Assembly (NCBI GenBank): GCA_047150005.1 | Contig: AP038806.1 | Location: 96,001 to 160,000, forward strand | Direction of reading: 5' to 3' | DNA from: Nitrospira sp. | GTDB taxonomy: Bacteria > Nitrospirota > Nitrospiria > Nitrospirales > Nitrospiraceae | Length of the DNA stretch: 64,000 nt | In this document: piece by piece, positions 51,562-60,491 of the stretch | Layout: every line of letters begins with the position of its first letter | Position numbering within the stretch: position 1 is the stretch's first letter | The notes under the pieces: model-generated | Seen by the model: only the letters and a program-made list of their open reading frames with translations | Database searches by the model: none | Told to the model about the DNA's origin: nothing | Program-made: the position numbers and the translations under genes

Positions 51562-51930
51562 TCACCCCTTTCGATCTTTCTTCTTCAGTTCGGCTAGATG
51601 AGCATCGAAACGCTCGTCGGCCTTGCGTATGAGTTTTTGATAGAACCGCTGTTCACTGCCTCCTGATTTATCGCCACCCACGAGAAGAATCGCTCTTCGT
51701 CTAGGGTCGAACGCAAATGCCACCCGCCAGACACCATCATCAACCTCGAACCGCAGTTCCTTCATGTTTGCGTGCCGTGAACCGTTTAAAGTATCAGCCC
51801 TCGGCCTACTTAGCCTCGGACCAAAGGTTTCTAAAAGTTTAGCGTGCGCTAACATCTCGTCTTGAACAGCCTTGGACAATTCGTCGAACTCGGGCTCAAA
51901 GTCCTCATGGAATTCAACATCTCACTGCAC
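51562..51930 (-). pseudogene. HigB/RelE (Gp49-like) toxin with a TGA at codon 3
   Basis: GTG CAG TGA GAT GTT GAA TTC CAT..., then intact GPRLSRP.ADTL.GS...MKELR, RVAFAFDPRR, GGDK. Confidence 0.8.
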
Positions 51931-52225
51931 GGCTAAAGTATGCATTACGATGCATATGGCGTCAAGTACATATATCTCTTTGAAATGAGCCCATTACTAA
52001 GCGGCGCTATCAGAGATGCGCCTAATTGCTTGTCTATAAAGGGGGTTAATTTAGGGTGGGAAAATTCAGGATGGTGAGGGTGCCTGGCTGGCATCTGGAA
52101 GGGAGGGTGCGCCAGGAGTGCGGGAAGGGTGACAGGATGGGCTACAGACGTCCCACCCTGTCTCATGGTAGGTAGAACCTTAGCGGGATTTCGAGGGATC
52201 TGGCGCTCTTACAGACAGTCGTCCC

Positions 52226-53602
52226 TCAGGGATTCATGTCGCCGGCGATTGTGCTCAGGTCTTTCGGGAAAAGCACGATCTCGATGCGGCGATTTTCCGT
52301 GCGCCCGTCTTCCGTGGCATTGTCCGCCACGGGCCTGGTATCCGCAAAACCGACGGCCTCGAAGTTTTCCGCGCCGACCCCGCCCTGCTCGATAAAATAG
52401 CGGACGACGTTGGTGGCCCGGGCCGTGGACAACTCCCAATTGGTCGGAAACTTCTCCTTGAGCTTTCCGCCGATCCGAACGTTGTCCGTATGGCCTTCGA
52501 TCCTGATCTCCTTGTCGTGGACGTCCTTCAACACGTCCGCCACTTGCTTCAACACTTTCAAGCCCTCGGGCTTCACCTGCGCCTGCCCCGAATTGAACAA
52601 CACTTTCTCGACCATGTTGATGGTCAACCGGTCGCGAACCTGTTTGATCTTGATATCGCCCTTGTCGATCTGCGCTTGCAGCGACTTGGTCAGATCTTCC
52701 TGCGTCTTCGTCAGTCGTCGTATCTCCTCTTCCTTGGCGGCCCTCTCCTTCTCAAGCCTGGCCTTTTCGGCCGCAAGCGCTTCCTTTTCCACAGCCAAGG
52801 CCTCGCCGCCTTGCGTCAGCCGGCCCACCTCCATATCCCGCTGTGACAACCGTTGTTCAAGATCCTTGGCGCGGCCGGCCTGACCTTCCAAATCGCCTGC
52901 GCGCTTCTGCAGATCGGCAAGCTGTTGATCCAGAACCTTGGCGCGGTTCGCCTCGCCTTCCAGATCGCCTGTTCGCTTCTGCAGATCGGAGAGCCGCTGA
53001 TCCAGATCCTTCGCGCGGGCCGCGTCTGTCTCCAACTCTCCCATGCGTTTCTGGGTCTTGGCCAGCTCATCGCTGGTTCCCGTGGCCCGTGCGATCAGCA
53101 GATCCTTGTCCCGCTGCAGCGATGCGACGGTCTCCTGCTCAGCCTTCAGCCTGTTTTCCAGGTCTTGCTTGGTCGCGTCGGAATCGTGCTGCAGATCGTT
53201 GACTTTGGTTTGCAGCAGATCACGTTCCCTCCTCAGCTCGCCGTTCAGCCGTTCCATCCCCGTCGTTTCCGCGCGGATTTTCCTCACGTCGTTCTCAAGC
53301 TCGCTCCGGCTGGCCAGGGTCGAATCCAGGCTGCCCTTCGTTTGATCGAGATCTCGCTTGAGCCGAGACCCGGCGCTTTGTGATTGAAGCAGCTCGTCCG
53401 ACAGTTTCGTCTTGTCTGCTTCCAGCGCCGAAATCTTCGCGGCGGATTCCTTCTTGAATGTGTCGAAGTCGGCCGTCGTCTTTGCCGAAGCCTTGCGCGC
53501 TTGATCCAGCTCGGCCAGCGTCTGATCATGAGTTCCCGAACTGACGCATCCGGTCGATATCAAGAATCCGACGGAACAGAGCACAAGGATTCTTCTGTTC
53601 AT
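52226..53602 (-). CDS. OmpA/MotB-domain lipoprotein with a long coiled coil
   Basis: STGC lipobox, IEGHTD, NWELSTARA, NRRIEI. Confidence 0.9.
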   Translation of the reverse strand: MNRRILVLCSVGFLISTGCVSSGTHDQTLAELDQARKASAKTTADFDTFKKESAAKISALEADKTKLSDELLQSQSAGSRLKRDLDQTKGSLDSTLASRSELENDVRKIRAETTGMERLNGELRRERDLLQTKVNDLQHDSDATKQDLENRLKAEQETVASLQRDKDLLIARATGTSDELAKTQKRMGELETDAARAKDLDQRLSDLQKRTGDLEGEANRAKVLDQQLADLQKRAGDLEGQAGRAKDLEQRLSQRDMEVGRLTQGGEALAVEKEALAAEKARLEKERAAKEEEIRRLTKTQEDLTKSLQAQIDKGDIKIKQVRDRLTINMVEKVLFNSGQAQVKPEGLKVLKQVADVLKDVHDKEIRIEGHTDNVRIGGKLKEKFPTNWELSTARATNVVRYFIEQGGVGAENFEAVGFADTRPVADNATEDGRTENRRIEIVLFPKDLSTIAGDMNP

Positions 53603-54068
53603 GATCGCCCTCCAGGTGAACGTTGGGCCTCTTATAGCGAGGCCCAAGAAGAATAGCAACATCGCCAGGAAACGCCTCGCTTCTCCATCATTGATGATCC
53701 GGCATCTTTCCTTTACTCCGTCCACACTGACTGCCTGAATGGTCTGGAGAGAAGCCAGGGTTCAAAGCCTAGGCTACCTAGGTTTTTTACTATCTTGCCG
53801 CCGCTCGATCAGGGTTGCTTAAATGAGGAAGAGGGCGAAGGTGCCTGCTTCGGTATGCCCACCCTGGAGCAGCAAGAGGTCTTTGCTCCCTCCTGAAGGA
53901 CCTGCCTTCGCCCCGTATATTTCCCTCACCTTCTCACTCCCGCTCAGACGCCGATCCCTTCTTTAGTCCTGCTTCACCTACCTCCAAGGTATGTTCAAGA
54001 ATTCCGCGCTGCTGCAATATCTCTCCATCGCCGTGACGACATCATCGGCAACGTCAGGGAGGATGCTC

Positions 54069-54269
54069 ATGGAAAAACAACCGGGCAAGATCGGCGCGAT
54101 ACGACGGGAACTGCGGGGCAAGCCCTGTCCATGCTGCGGAAGCCGCACCTACCAACTCGTGCTCCGGAGCGATCTCACCGCGCCGTCGGGAAAATTGTTT
54201 GCCCGCTGCACGCAATGCCATCGCCCCAGAGGCATCGACGAAGATCTCGGACGTATTTTGTGGATGTGA
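54069..54269 (+). CDS. Small zinc-finger protein
   Basis: CPCC...CTQC; GGAGG RBS. Confidence 0.6.
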   Translation: MEKQPGKIGAIRRELRGKPCPCCGSRTYQLVLRSDLTAPSGKLFARCTQCHRPRGIDEDLGRILWM

Positions 54270-54291
54270 CCTTCACCCGCACCCAGGAGGA

Positions 54292-54570
54292 ATGATCGTG
54301 AGCCTGTTCTTGACTCCGGTTCGATCGATCAAGCAGCGATTTGCCCGCCGCCGCCAGATGCGGATCGCCCTTCAGATGCTGGCCGTCAGCGGCGTGCTCC
54401 GGCCGGGCGACAGCGAACTGCGATACACGGTTCCCCTCACCCGCAAACGACTGGGATCCCACCCGCACTCCCCTTCAGTTTCCGCCCTTCCCATGGCCCG
54501 ACAAGCCTCGCCGGCGGGAGGATCCCGGCCTGCCGGACTCGCGTCCTCGTTGGGTCGCATGACATCCTGA
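54292..54570 (+). CDS. Hypothetical protein
   Basis: AGGAGG close upstream; weak support otherwise. Confidence 0.35.
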   Translation: MIVSLFLTPVRSIKQRFARRRQMRIALQMLAVSGVLRPGDSELRYTVPLTRKRLGSHPHSPSVSALPMARQASPAGGSRPAGLASSLGRMTS

Positions 54571-54771
54571 GGCTCGACCGCCAGACCGCGGCAATTGCAG
54601 ACCGGCACGTGACGGAATTCTTCCAACAGACAGGCCGGAACACCGAACCGGCCAAGACGCTTGTACCTCTCACTCGCCTAAGGTATGATCACGCCTCGCT
54701 TGCCGGCAATCCGTGTCATCGAGTCGATCTCGACCAGACCGGAAACCCGCGTACAATCGACTGTCTCGGGG

Positions 54772-54865
54772 GGAGAGGTGGCCGAGTGGCCGAAGGCGGC
54801 GGTTTGCTAAACCGCTGTAGGGGCTAAAACCTCTACCGAGGGTTCAAATCCCTCCCTCTCCGCCA
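54772..54865 (+). tRNA. tRNA-Ser(GCT)
   Basis: GGAGAGG acceptor stem, GCGGT-TTGCTAA-ACCGC arm, long variable arm, GTTCAAATC, CCA. Confidence 0.96.
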
Positions 54866-54913
54866 AACCAAGCAGTGCTCAGTGCTGAGAACTGATGTAG
54901 TGCTCCCCTGAAA

Positions 54914-55747
54914 TCAAGCCACCTGGGTTGACTGTTGCGCGCGGAATTGGACGGGACTCCGATACGCCAAGGCGCTGTGCGGTCGTCCCTCGTTGTACCA
55001 ATGGAGCCAGTCCCGAATGATCCGTCGCGCCTCCTCAAACGTCTGGAACGTGTGTTGCCAGACGCACTCCTCCTTCAGACTCCGGAAGAACCGCTCGATG
55101 ATCCCGTTCTGTTCCGGCGTATAGGGCGTAATGAATTCCTGTTGGAGCCGATAGTCCCGACAGGCTTGTCGAAACCGGCGACTCTGGAAGATCAGGCCGT
55201 TGTCACTGCGGAGGACCGGTGCGCCCGTAGGCCGCAACGTCCCGAACCGCTGCAGGCACGCCGCTTCGACGGCCCGCTCCGCCTCCTTGGCCCGACTGCG
55301 CAACGCGAACTCGTAGCCGATGACTTCCCGATCGTGACAGTCGATCACGGCCGCGAGATGGGCCCAGCCGTCCTGGCCACAGGGAATATGCGTCACGTCC
55401 ATCGCCCACCGTTCATTGCTCTGCCCAGCCCGACTGCGCCAGCCTCGCACCCGAGGGCGCGGGGTCGCCACGCGTTGGTGGACGAACCAGCCCTGCTGCT
55501 TCAGCACGCGATACACGGCTTTGCGATTCACCAGGATCCCATCCTGATACCGCAACATCACCCAGAGTCGGCGATACCCAAACGTGGGATGCTGCTGAAT
55601 CCAATACCGCATCCGCTCCAGCCACGGGGGTGCCGTGGGGCCTCGGCGTCGTCCCTCCGTTGCTCTCGTCCGATGCAGACCGGCTCGGTTCACGCGGAGC
55701 ACCTGGCAACTCCGTCGCTCGGAGACACCCGACACGCGGGCTCTCAC
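54914..55747 (-). CDS. IS3 OrfB DDE transposase
   Basis: FGYRR, WAMDVT, SDNG, NGIIERFFRSLKEE. Confidence 0.93.
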   Translation of the reverse strand: MRARVSGVSERRSCQVLRVNRAGLHRTRATEGRRRGPTAPPWLERMRYWIQQHPTFGYRRLWVMLRYQDGILVNRKAVYRVLKQQGWFVHQRVATPRPRVRGWRSRAGQSNERWAMDVTHIPCGQDGWAHLAAVIDCHDREVIGYEFALRSRAKEAERAVEAACLQRFGTLRPTGAPVLRSDNGLIFQSRRFRQACRDYRLQQEFITPYTPEQNGIIERFFRSLKEECVWQHTFQTFEEARRIIRDWLHWYNEGRPHSALAYRSPVQFRAQQSTQVA

Positions 55748-56070
55748 GCGTCGGATGTCTTCCGGTCCAAAGGGAAGGGTTTCAAGGCCTCCCGTAAGAT
55801 GTCGTTGTCCACGACCAGATCCCCGATCTTCTGTTTCAGCTTCTTGATCTGCTCGTCCTTCACGGCCTCCTCGTCCTTGGGCCGAGTCCGGAGCGCGTTC
55901 TCGGCGCCGAGGAGAAACTTCTCACGCCACGCCTCCACCTCCGCCACGGTCAGGCCGTGCTGCCGGGCCGCCTCGGCCACCGAGGTCTCACCCTTCAGAT
56001 TACTCACGACCAATGCCACGCGTCGCTTGGCCGTCCACCGTTCAATGGGTTCTGCTGCTTCTGCTGCCAT
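55744..56070 (-). CDS. IS3 OrfA (HTH plus zipper)
   Basis: SVAEAARQHG, LKQKIGDL; overlaps OrfB. Confidence 0.9.
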   Translation of the reverse strand: MAAEAAEPIERWTAKRRVALVVSNLKGETSVAEAARQHGLTVAEVEAWREKFLLGAENALRTRPKDEEAVKDEQIKKLKQKIGDLVVDNDILREALKPFPLDRKTSDA

Positions 56071-56333
56071 CGCCACCTCCTCGGTCCGTCGTAGGACCAT
56101 GTCGTAGAGGTGGTCTCAATTTCAAGGGGAGCAGGATACTGAGTGCTGAGTGAACCAGCCGACGCCAGCCCGCTCTTTATCGCCTCCAATCTTTCCACGA
56201 CAACCTGCACCAACCCCCAAAAATACGAAGGGCCGACTCCCCACACCAGGGTGAGAAATCGGCCCTGATCAAAGGGCCACCCTCCTTATTGGAGGGTGGC
56301 CCTTCTACTCCATTTGCTTTATGGACTGTTTGG

Positions 56334-56606
56334 CTAGTCTTTCCGCGAAACCCGCCTCCAGAGTCCAAGCCCAGCCAACCCAGCACCCAACAGGATCACG
56401 GATGCTGGTTCAGGAACGGATGCGCATCGCCGCCCGCAAGGTGGGGGGGATATGGGTATAGGTATGGGTCTAGAACGAAGAAGCTCAGTGCTCTGAATAG
56501 TAATGCTGGTACTGCTAGTCGTCTGAGCCATCGCCAGGTTCCCCGAGAACCCGAAATTCACTATGGCGACTCCTATAAGCAGAATAGGACGAATAAATTT
56601 CTTCAC
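56334..56606 (-). CDS. Short PEP-CTERM protein
   Basis: Signal peptide plus VPEPASVILLGAGLAGLGLWRR. Confidence 0.88.
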   Translation of the reverse strand: MKKFIRPILLIGVAIVNFGFSGNLAMAQTTSSTSITIQSTELLRSRPIPIPISPPPCGRRCASVPEPASVILLGAGLAGLGLWRRVSRKD

Positions 56607-56663
56607 GTTTGTCCCCCTTGTAGCTACGCACTCATCGAGCTTACAGTGTCGTACCGCAATTGG

Positions 56664-56857
56664 AGCATAATTCGTGCTAGCAGCATGGTTTATTGGAATC
56701 CTTTGAAAATGTTATGGCTTTGTGCTGAGCTTTTCATTCAATAACTACTACTGTAAAAAAGTATTACACTCAGTTCCGATTTAGAGCATCGAATGACGAT
56801 TTATTTCAATACTTTCAATAGGTCACGAAATCCTCACACTGTAAAATAACCTTTACA
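56664..56857 (-). promoter_or_regulatory. Sigma54-like promoter with two TGTAAA...TACA enhancer palindromes
   Basis: TAGCACGAATTATGCT (minus strand, 56664-79); TGTAAAAAAGTATTACA 56752-68; TGTAAAATAACCTTTACA 56840-57. Confidence 0.6.
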
Positions 56858-56871
56858 CACCCGGTCATTCC

Positions 56872-58266
56872 TTACGCTCTTCTTTTTTCTAGTGTGTCGG
56901 TAACTTTTGGCAACCTTAGTCCATACCGAGAGAGTAACTGGTACAGGGTGGGACGGCTGATCCCCAATTCAACAGCCGCCTTCGACACGTTGCCATCGGC
57001 TTTTTCCAGCGACAACCTCACCAGTTCCTTCTCGCGAAGGTCACGCGCGACTCGGAGTCTCGTGGAATCACTATCGACGGAAGAGAGGTCTTTCAATTCC
57101 AAATTCGCCGGGCTGACGTATTTCCCTTCCGCCATCACCACCGCCCGCCTGATCCTATTCTCCAGTTCTCGGACATTTCCAGGCCAATCGTGCCCCAGCA
57201 ACGCCTCGATCGCTTGAGGTGTAAACCCTTTCAGTATTTTGTTTTGTGCTTCTGCAAACTTCATCAAGAACGTTCGTGCGAGGAGAGTGATATCCGAACC
57301 CCGCTCCTTCAGACTAGGGACAGAGACGGACACCACACACAGCCTGTAATACAGATCTTCTCTGAATCGACCACTGTCGATCGCCGCTTGCAGATCAACG
57401 TTCGTCGCAGCAAGGACCCTGACATCGACCGAGACCGTGTCTTTCCCTCCCAGCCGCTGGATTTCATGCTCTTGCAAGAACCGGAGCAACTTGACCTGCA
57501 GATTCAGTGGAATATCCCCGATTTCATCCAGAAACAGCGTGCCTCCTTGCGCAAATTCGATCCGGCCTTTTCGTTGCTGGACAGCCCCGGTAAACGCGCC
57601 TTTCTCATGGCCGAACAGCTCGCTCTCCAGCAGTGTCTCCGGGATCGCGCCGCAGTTGATGGCGACAAAGGGCGCCTCTTTACGGCCGCTCAGTCGGTGA
57701 ATCGCGCGAGCCACCAGTTCTTTCCCCGTCCCACTCTCCCCAGTGATGAGAACCGGGACGTCAGACGGCCCAACGCGGCGGATCATGCCAAGTACATCTT
57801 GCAGAGGCTTGCTCTTCCCCACAAGCCCTTCAAATTCAGTCCCGCCGGCCTGCTCTTTGAGGGTACGGTGCTCACACTCAAGGTTGAAGAGATAGAGCGC
57901 ACGTTGCAGGACCACTTTCAACACATCGAGCTGCATCGGTTTTTCAATAAAGTCGTACGCACCGCTTTCGATGGCGGCGACGGCCTTCGCCTTATCACTG
58001 TTGCCTGTGACAACGATCACTCTAGCCGCCGGATTCACTCGCAGCGTCTCACGCAGAATCGCCAACCCTTCCGAGGCCCCGTCAACATCGGGTGGCAATC
58101 CTAAATCCAGCAACACCAGCGGCGGCATGGCCCGGCGAATGTGCGCTAAGGCAGTCGCACGATCCGACGCCGCCAACAGGTCGTAGTCCGATGCAAGGGC
58201 CCATTTCATCTGGTCGTGAATCTCTGCATCATCATCGACAAGCAGCAACGCAGGTCGTGTGGTCAT
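56872..58266 (-). CDS. prsR: PEP-CTERM-box sigma54 response regulator
   Basis: REC domain with LDLGLPPD, GESGTGKE, GAFTGA, WPGNVREL, Fis HTH; gene context. Confidence 0.88.
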   Translation of the reverse strand: MTTRPALLLVDDDAEIHDQMKWALASDYDLLAASDRATALAHIRRAMPPLVLLDLGLPPDVDGASEGLAILRETLRVNPAARVIVVTGNSDKAKAVAAIESGAYDFIEKPMQLDVLKVVLQRALYLFNLECEHRTLKEQAGGTEFEGLVGKSKPLQDVLGMIRRVGPSDVPVLITGESGTGKELVARAIHRLSGRKEAPFVAINCGAIPETLLESELFGHEKGAFTGAVQQRKGRIEFAQGGTLFLDEIGDIPLNLQVKLLRFLQEHEIQRLGGKDTVSVDVRVLAATNVDLQAAIDSGRFREDLYYRLCVVSVSVPSLKERGSDITLLARTFLMKFAEAQNKILKGFTPQAIEALLGHDWPGNVRELENRIRRAVVMAEGKYVSPANLELKDLSSVDSDSTRLRVARDLREKELVRLSLEKADGNVSKAAVELGISRPTLYQLLSRYGLRLPKVTDTLEKRRA

Positions 58267-58285
58267 GGTTTGGGGTTCTCCTGTC

Positions 58286-60439
58286 TCACATTGGCACGGA
58301 CATGGCTGGATGAGGCAAGCCGGATTTCTCTCGATTGCCGGCTGATTGACAGACGGGAAGCTCGATTCGCACGTGGGTCCCCTTCCCGACTTCGCTGCGC
58401 ACCTGAATAGTCCCCTGGTGGGCTTCCACGATTTGCCTGCATTGGTACAGTCCGATTCCAAGCCCACCGGGGCGGCCGGATTGCGACGGACGAAACAGCG
58501 ACTCCAGCATGACAGGAGGAATCCCGCCTCCCGTATCATCGACCGTCACGATGACCGAACCCTTGTGCTGTGCCAATGCGACCGAGATCTGACCATTCCC
58601 CCCGACAGCCTGTTTCGCGTTCAGCACCACGTTGAGCAAGAGCTGGTGAATCTGATCTCGCACCGCCATGATCGGCGGAACCGGTGCGCCGGTGACGGAC
58701 AGCCGTACTGTCGGGTCCCGTTTCATCGGAGCGATGATGTCATTGAGCACAGCAGACAGGTCCACCGGTTCAGGCGTTCCAGCCTGGGGCGGCTTCACGG
58801 ATCTGAGTGACAGTTTGCTCATCAGGTCCACCATCTTGAAGGCGGAATCTTTGACCGTCCGCATCGCCGATTCTTGAAACGCGGGATCCCGGCCATGGCG
58901 TTCCGCATTCTGAGCGACCAACGACAGCCTCGCTGCCAAATTTTTCAGGTCGTGCACACAGAACACGGCGAACCGGTGAAGGGCCTCCAATTCAGCCGAC
59001 GCCTGCCGGTCCTCTGTCAAGGTCGCATGAGAGAGCAGCATCCCCACGTGATGGGCTATTCCACGCAGCAGATCTTCATCGTCCGTGCCATACAGCGCGC
59101 CGCGCAGTTGTGGGCCCAACGAGATGAAGGCGATGACGTGCCCCTGTGTGCGGATCGGGAAACAGAGCGCCACGCCCGACGTCCGGAGAGGATCCGTAGG
59201 CACGAGGAAGCGGTCTTGCGTTCCGGTCGCTTGTGGTTCCACCCAGACCGCGCTATCCCGCTTCCTGAGTGCCGTGACAATTGGATGGGATTGTTCGATC
59301 GGCTCCGGTTCAATCTTACCGGTCATCGAGCGAACGAGGCAAAATCGCTGATCGGCCTGGCGAAACGACCAGATGGAAACCTCGGTGGCCAGGAAGGTCT
59401 TGATCAGCACATCCAGCAATCGGTCCATGATGGAATTCTTGTCGGCCGCCCCTTGAAACGCCTCGGTGGTTTGAAGCCACTGCATGCGGTAGTCGTATTT
59501 CGATCGATGGAAATTTCTCGTGATGAAACGCCGAATCTCGGCGCGCACCGTCTTGGAGAACGCGGCAACGACCAACCCAACAATCGCCGTGAATGTCACG
59601 ACCACACTGAGTCCGACACCCAGTGGGTGATTCGCTTCCCGCAGCCAGCTCCCCACAGTGCCGATTGTCAAAAGGTAGAGCCCGATGATGATGAAGGTCA
59701 CCGACCCCACTAGAGCTTGATGGGACACATAGGCATGAACAAGCGCTTCTCGAAGCCGGCTTCGCCTCAGCCCATGAGCGATCAGGCAGAGTGCCATGAA
59801 CGTCACGATACTGGAAACCACCACCTGCTCCGCTTGCCAGATCGGGAACAGCAACATTTGGCTGGCCTCATAGATTTGGTACCCTGCCAGCCCGCCCAAC
59901 CCGATCACGATGAATTTCAGCTTGTGGCGGAACGGCTCACGGCTGGCTCGCAGGATCAATTCCAATTGGGCCAACCCTAAAGCCATCCCAATCACGATGA
60001 ACACGTATGCGACACGTCCCCATGAGGTCAGAGACATCGCGGCCGGTTCGTCGGCAGCGACCTCCCACTGAAAGACGAAGCCGGTGATGGTGACCACCGC
60101 CATGATCCCGCCCCCGATCCCGATGATGCGGGCACGCCAGACCGGCGAGACCTGCTTACTCGATTCGGCCGGAGTGAGGAATGCAAGTCCAGCATAAAGA
60201 ACAGCCGCCGGCTGAATGAGTCCTGCGGCCATTGCAACTTCTCGCCAGAACAGTGCGTGAGCCTCATCGACTAATCCGATTCCATCAGCAAGGTTTGCCA
60301 ATGCAACGAGGGCCAGGAGTCCCGCAAGACTCCGATTGAAGACACTTCTTCGCCTCTGGACAAACAAGACTGTAGCCATACCGGCTGCCATCACTCCGGC
60401 AAGACTCGGGGCTGTGACAAACCACGCCAGGGGAGCCAC
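58286..60439 (-). CDS. prsK: PEP-CTERM system histidine kinase
   Basis: Multi-TM N-terminus, KYDYR, GAF, VHDLKNL, GLGIGLYQ. Confidence 0.9.
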   Translation of the reverse strand: MAPLAWFVTAPSLAGVMAAGMATVLFVQRRRSVFNRSLAGLLALVALANLADGIGLVDEAHALFWREVAMAAGLIQPAAVLYAGLAFLTPAESSKQVSPVWRARIIGIGGGIMAVVTITGFVFQWEVAADEPAAMSLTSWGRVAYVFIVIGMALGLAQLELILRASREPFRHKLKFIVIGLGGLAGYQIYEASQMLLFPIWQAEQVVVSSIVTFMALCLIAHGLRRSRLREALVHAYVSHQALVGSVTFIIIGLYLLTIGTVGSWLREANHPLGVGLSVVVTFTAIVGLVVAAFSKTVRAEIRRFITRNFHRSKYDYRMQWLQTTEAFQGAADKNSIMDRLLDVLIKTFLATEVSIWSFRQADQRFCLVRSMTGKIEPEPIEQSHPIVTALRKRDSAVWVEPQATGTQDRFLVPTDPLRTSGVALCFPIRTQGHVIAFISLGPQLRGALYGTDDEDLLRGIAHHVGMLLSHATLTEDRQASAELEALHRFAVFCVHDLKNLAARLSLVAQNAERHGRDPAFQESAMRTVKDSAFKMVDLMSKLSLRSVKPPQAGTPEPVDLSAVLNDIIAPMKRDPTVRLSVTGAPVPPIMAVRDQIHQLLLNVVLNAKQAVGGNGQISVALAQHKGSVIVTVDDTGGGIPPVMLESLFRPSQSGRPGGLGIGLYQCRQIVEAHQGTIQVRSEVGKGTHVRIELPVCQSAGNREKSGLPHPAMSVPM

Positions 60440-60491
60440 GCTACACCTCCACCATCTGCAGAGAGCTTGGTCCTGTGCTGGACCACATCAC

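Larger units (their letters stand above)
54896..56138 (-). mobile_element. IS3-family insertion sequence with 4-bp CTGA target duplication
   Basis: Inverted repeats TGTAGTGCTCCCCTGAAAT / ATTTCAAGGGGAGCAGGATA; CTGA at 54892-95 and 56139-42. Confidence 0.9.

Noticed and set aside
42592..51924. TGA reassigned to Trp (or selenocysteine) in the mobile region
   Set aside because: Many neighbouring genes end in TGA with ATGA/GTGA coupling and use TGG for Trp; two point mutations are a simpler explanation.
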